Source: Rhodothermales bacterium
GTDB lineage: Bacteria > Bacteroidota > Rhodothermia > Rhodothermales > Bin80
Reading direction: 5' to 3'
DNA length: 64,000 bases
NCBI GenBank assembly: GCA_951812585.1
Contig: OX638318.1
Location: 2,978,810-3,042,809 of the forward strand
The notes under the pieces are model-generated. The model worked only from the letters and a program-made list of their open reading frames with translations, searched no databases and was not told the DNA's origin. Made by a program: the position numbers and the translations under genes. Position 1 is the first letter of the stretch; every line of letters begins with the position of its first letter. Positions 61,523-64,000 of this stretch are shown piece by piece.

Positions 61523-62538
61523 TGATGGTTCGCCGAGTGCTGCTTTTTGCTAGGTGGGTGCTGCCCTGTGCTGTCCTTATCCTGAAGACACCCGTGGCCA
61601 CAGCGCAGGTGCGCCCTGCATCACCGCCGGCTGCGTATGCGCCAGCGGCGCTGCGAGCGGCGTTGGCCTTTGGACCAGTATCAGGCCCGATGTACAAGGG
61701 CCAGGCGGCACGGAGCGTGCCCCTTGCCTTCGGGCTGTCCGCACTCGTGCCAGGAGCAGGACAGGTCTATAACAGGGAATGGGTCAAGGCTGCGGCTGCC
61801 GTTGCGATCGAGCTGGGCGTGCTCTGGGGATGGTCCTCCTGGCGTGAGAAGGGTGCGGAGGGTCGCGACGCGTACCAGGCTATGGCCCACATGCACTGGA
61901 GCCCGGTGCGATATTCGCTGTGGCTGAATGACTACACCGTCTACTTGAACACCTTGCCGGGCGGGCCGCCCGTTGACGCGGAGCCGATCGCGATCGACCC
62001 TGCGCTGTTCAGTCTGGACTTCTCGCAACCGGGTGGTTGGAGCACGGTGCAGCAGTTAGCCGTGCGGCGCTTGATTCTGGACATACGCGCGCTGGAAACA
62101 CGCGTATACCACCCGCAGACTGGCGCGCGCTTTTCGCACCAGCTTCCCTTCTTTGCCGAGCAGCAGTACTACGAGCTCATAGGCAAGTACTTCCAGTTCG
62201 CTCCCGGATGGGATGACTACTATGCGCTGACCAGGGATGGACGGGCCACCTGGATTGATGCGGATGGCAATTTCATTGACTCTATTGATCCGGAGGCGAC
62301 GGCTGCGGACGGCACCAAGGCGTTTGCATCTGATCGCTTCTTCCACTATGCAGCGCGTCATGGCGAGGCCAACGACTACTTCCGGCGTGCATCCCGGGTC
62401 ACGATACTGCTGTTTGCCAACCATCTCCTGACTGCTGTGGAAGCTGCGATCTCAGCCAAGCTCCAAAATGATCGGCTGCGTGTGCGCGTCGGCCAGCATC
62501 AAGCAGAGCCGGCGCTGGTGCTGCAGCTCAGCTTCTAG
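61522..62538 (+). CDS. DUF5683-like protein
   Basis: SALVPGAGQVYNREWVKAAA matches the PG.GQ.YN..YWK core remembered for DUF5683. Its ATG overlaps the TlpA stop by 1 nt. Confidence 0.6.
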   Translation: MMVRRVLLFARWVLPCAVLILKTPVATAQVRPASPPAAYAPAALRAALAFGPVSGPMYKGQAARSVPLAFGLSALVPGAGQVYNREWVKAAAAVAIELGVLWGWSSWREKGAEGRDAYQAMAHMHWSPVRYSLWLNDYTVYLNTLPGGPPVDAEPIAIDPALFSLDFSQPGGWSTVQQLAVRRLILDIRALETRVYHPQTGARFSHQLPFFAEQQYYELIGKYFQFAPGWDDYYALTRDGRATWIDADGNFIDSIDPEATAADGTKAFASDRFFHYAARHGEANDYFRRASRVTILLFANHLLTAVEAAISAKLQNDRLRVRVGQHQAEPALVLQLSF

Positions 62539-62713
62539 TCGGCATGTCCCGTGCCAACGGGGCGGACACGCGCATGCCTGCCCTTGCGGCGCGTGATCCA
62601 GGCAGCGCAGCTTTAAAGCGGCATACCCCGATCCCAGGGGGCCAAGCCCCTGACGGATGCCCACATTGGGAGCTCCGTAGTATATTGCGGCCGAACAAAT
62701 TCTTATCGAGTCT

Positions 62714-64000
62714 ATGAAGTGGCACAAGAAGCTCCACAACCAGATCATCCTCGGCCTCGTCTTGGGTCTCGTCTACGGGGTCGTGTCGGCAAGTTTCGGT
62801 TGGGGCCAGTTCACCAGCAACTGGATCGCGCCGTTTGGTGCGATTTTTCTGCGGGCGCTCTTTCTGATTGCCGTGCCACTGGTCTTGGCATCGATCATCA
62901 CGGGCGTAGCGTCGCTGTCTGATACGCACAAGCTGTCGCGAATCGGCGGCAAGACGATCGGAATCTATATCGCGACCACCGTGGTGGCACTCATCATAGG
63001 GCTTGCGATTGTCAACCTGATGCGCCCCGGCGACGCCGTGCCCGCTGAAGTGCAGGAGCAGTTGACTGCAGAATACAGTGCAATGGCAGAAGAGCGTGCC
63101 GAATTCGCTACGGACGCCATGGGGGAGCGCGGCCCGCTGCAGGCCATCGTAGACATGGTGCCGAACAATATCTTCGGTTCCGCTTCCAGCAATCGCAACA
63201 TGCTGCAGGTAGTCTTTGTGGCCATACTCTTCGGTATTGCCCTGCTCATGCTGCCAGCGGAAAGGGCGCAGCCATTGCTCTCATTCTTTGAGAGCCTCAA
63301 CGACATGGTGATCAAGATCGTGGAGATCATCATGAAGGTGGCACCGATCGGAGTCTTTGCGCTTTTGGCGGATACGTTTACGCAAGTGTCGCAGGACAAC
63401 CTGGGAGGGCTGTGGCAGCTTATGGAAGCACTGGGCTTCTACATGGTGGCGGTGCTTCTGGGACTGGTCTTGCATGTGAGCATCACGTACACGACGATCC
63501 TCAAGTTCTTGACCCCGATGACGCTGAAGCGGTTCTTCCTGGGCATTGCGCCAGCGCAGCTCGTTGCGTTTTCAACATCGTCCAGCGGTGCCACCTTGCC
63601 CGTAACCATGGAGGTTGCGGAAAAGAACTTGGGCGTGTCGGAAGAGGTATCGTCGTTTGTGCTGCCGCTGGGAGCCACCATCAACATGGATGGCACGGCG
63701 CTTTACCAGGCTGTGGCGGCCGTGTTTATTGCGCAGACACTTGGCATAGCCTTGGGCCTGGGTGCACAGCTCGAGATCATTCTGCTGGCTGTTTTGGCGT
63801 CCATCGGCACCGCCGCCGTTCCGAGCGCTGGCATCATCATGCTGGTTATCATCCTTCAGTCCGTAGGCGTGCCTGCTGCGGGGATCGCGTTGATCCTAGG
63901 CGTGGACCGTATACTGGACATGTGCCGCACTGTCTGTAACATCACGGGTGATGCCACCGTCGCAACCCTGGTTGCCTCATCGGAGAATCAGTTGGACGTG
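62714..64000 (+). CDS. Dicarboxylate/amino acid:cation symporter (DAACS family; partial, continues past the window end)
   Basis: Absent from the ORF track because no stop lies in the window. My translation gives MKWHKKLHNQIILGLVLGLVYG..., AFSTSSSGATLPVTME and LPLGATINMDGTALYQAVAAVFIAQ, which are GltP/DctA-type motifs. Confidence 0.88.
   Translation, partial: MKWHKKLHNQIILGLVLGLVYGVVSASFGWGQFTSNWIAPFGAIFLRALFLIAVPLVLASIITGVASLSDTHKLSRIGGKTIGIYIATTVVALIIGLAIVNLMRPGDAVPAEVQEQLTAEYSAMAEERAEFATDAMGERGPLQAIVDMVPNNIFGSASSNRNMLQVVFVAILFGIALLMLPAERAQPLLSFFESLNDMVIKIVEIIMKVAPIGVFALLADTFTQVSQDNLGGLWQLMEALGFYMVAVLLGLVLHVSITYTTILKFLTPMTLKRFFLGIAPAQLVAFSTSSSGATLPVTMEVAEKNLGVSEEVSSFVLPLGATINMDGTALYQAVAAVFIAQTLGIALGLGAQLEIILLAVLASIGTAAVPSAGIIMLVIILQSVGVPAAGIALILGVDRILDMCRTVCNITGDATVATLVASSENQLDV

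Overview
High-GC (roughly 60-65%) bacterial chromosomal segment. A type IX secretion system (T9SS: porU-porV plus proteins with T9SS C-terminal sorting domains, CTDs) and the gene order suggest Bacteroidota/Rhodothermota (Rhodothermus/Salinibacter-like); this placement is an inference. Most of the window is housekeeping. It holds trpS (partial), trpE, tkt, queA, ispD, ispF and the conserved block tRNA-Thr/Tyr/Gly/Thr-tuf-tRNA-Trp-secE-nusG-rplKAJL-rpoBC. It also holds gap-pgk, nadA, msrP, a sigma-54 response regulator and a partial gltP-like symporter gene. The less ordinary parts are these. (1) A tight six-gene cluster starts with the T9SS sortase PorU and the channel protein PorV. It continues with a CTD-bearing M6-like protein whose HExxH site reads SSFLS, then a 1080-aa protein that appears to combine an MA-type HExxH peptidase, TolB/PD40 repeats and an Omp85-like barrel, then a TlpA-like thioredoxin and a DUF5683 protein. 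(2) A terminator/anti-terminator-like leader sits directly upstream of trpE. (3) A lipoprotein fuses a class C beta-lactamase-like serine hydrolase to a VanX-type D-Ala-D-Ala dipeptidase. (4) A frameshifted orphan T9SS CTD fragment follows rpoC. (5) A decayed IS transposase remnant is present. (6) A gene-poor ~2.5 kb stretch contains two paralogous small membrane proteins and more than 1.7 kb of unexplained GC-rich non-coding DNA. No CRISPR array, rRNA gene or intact mobile element was seen. All protein family calls come from reading motifs by eye, with no database search. Many long track ORFs are antisense shadows typical of GC-rich DNA.
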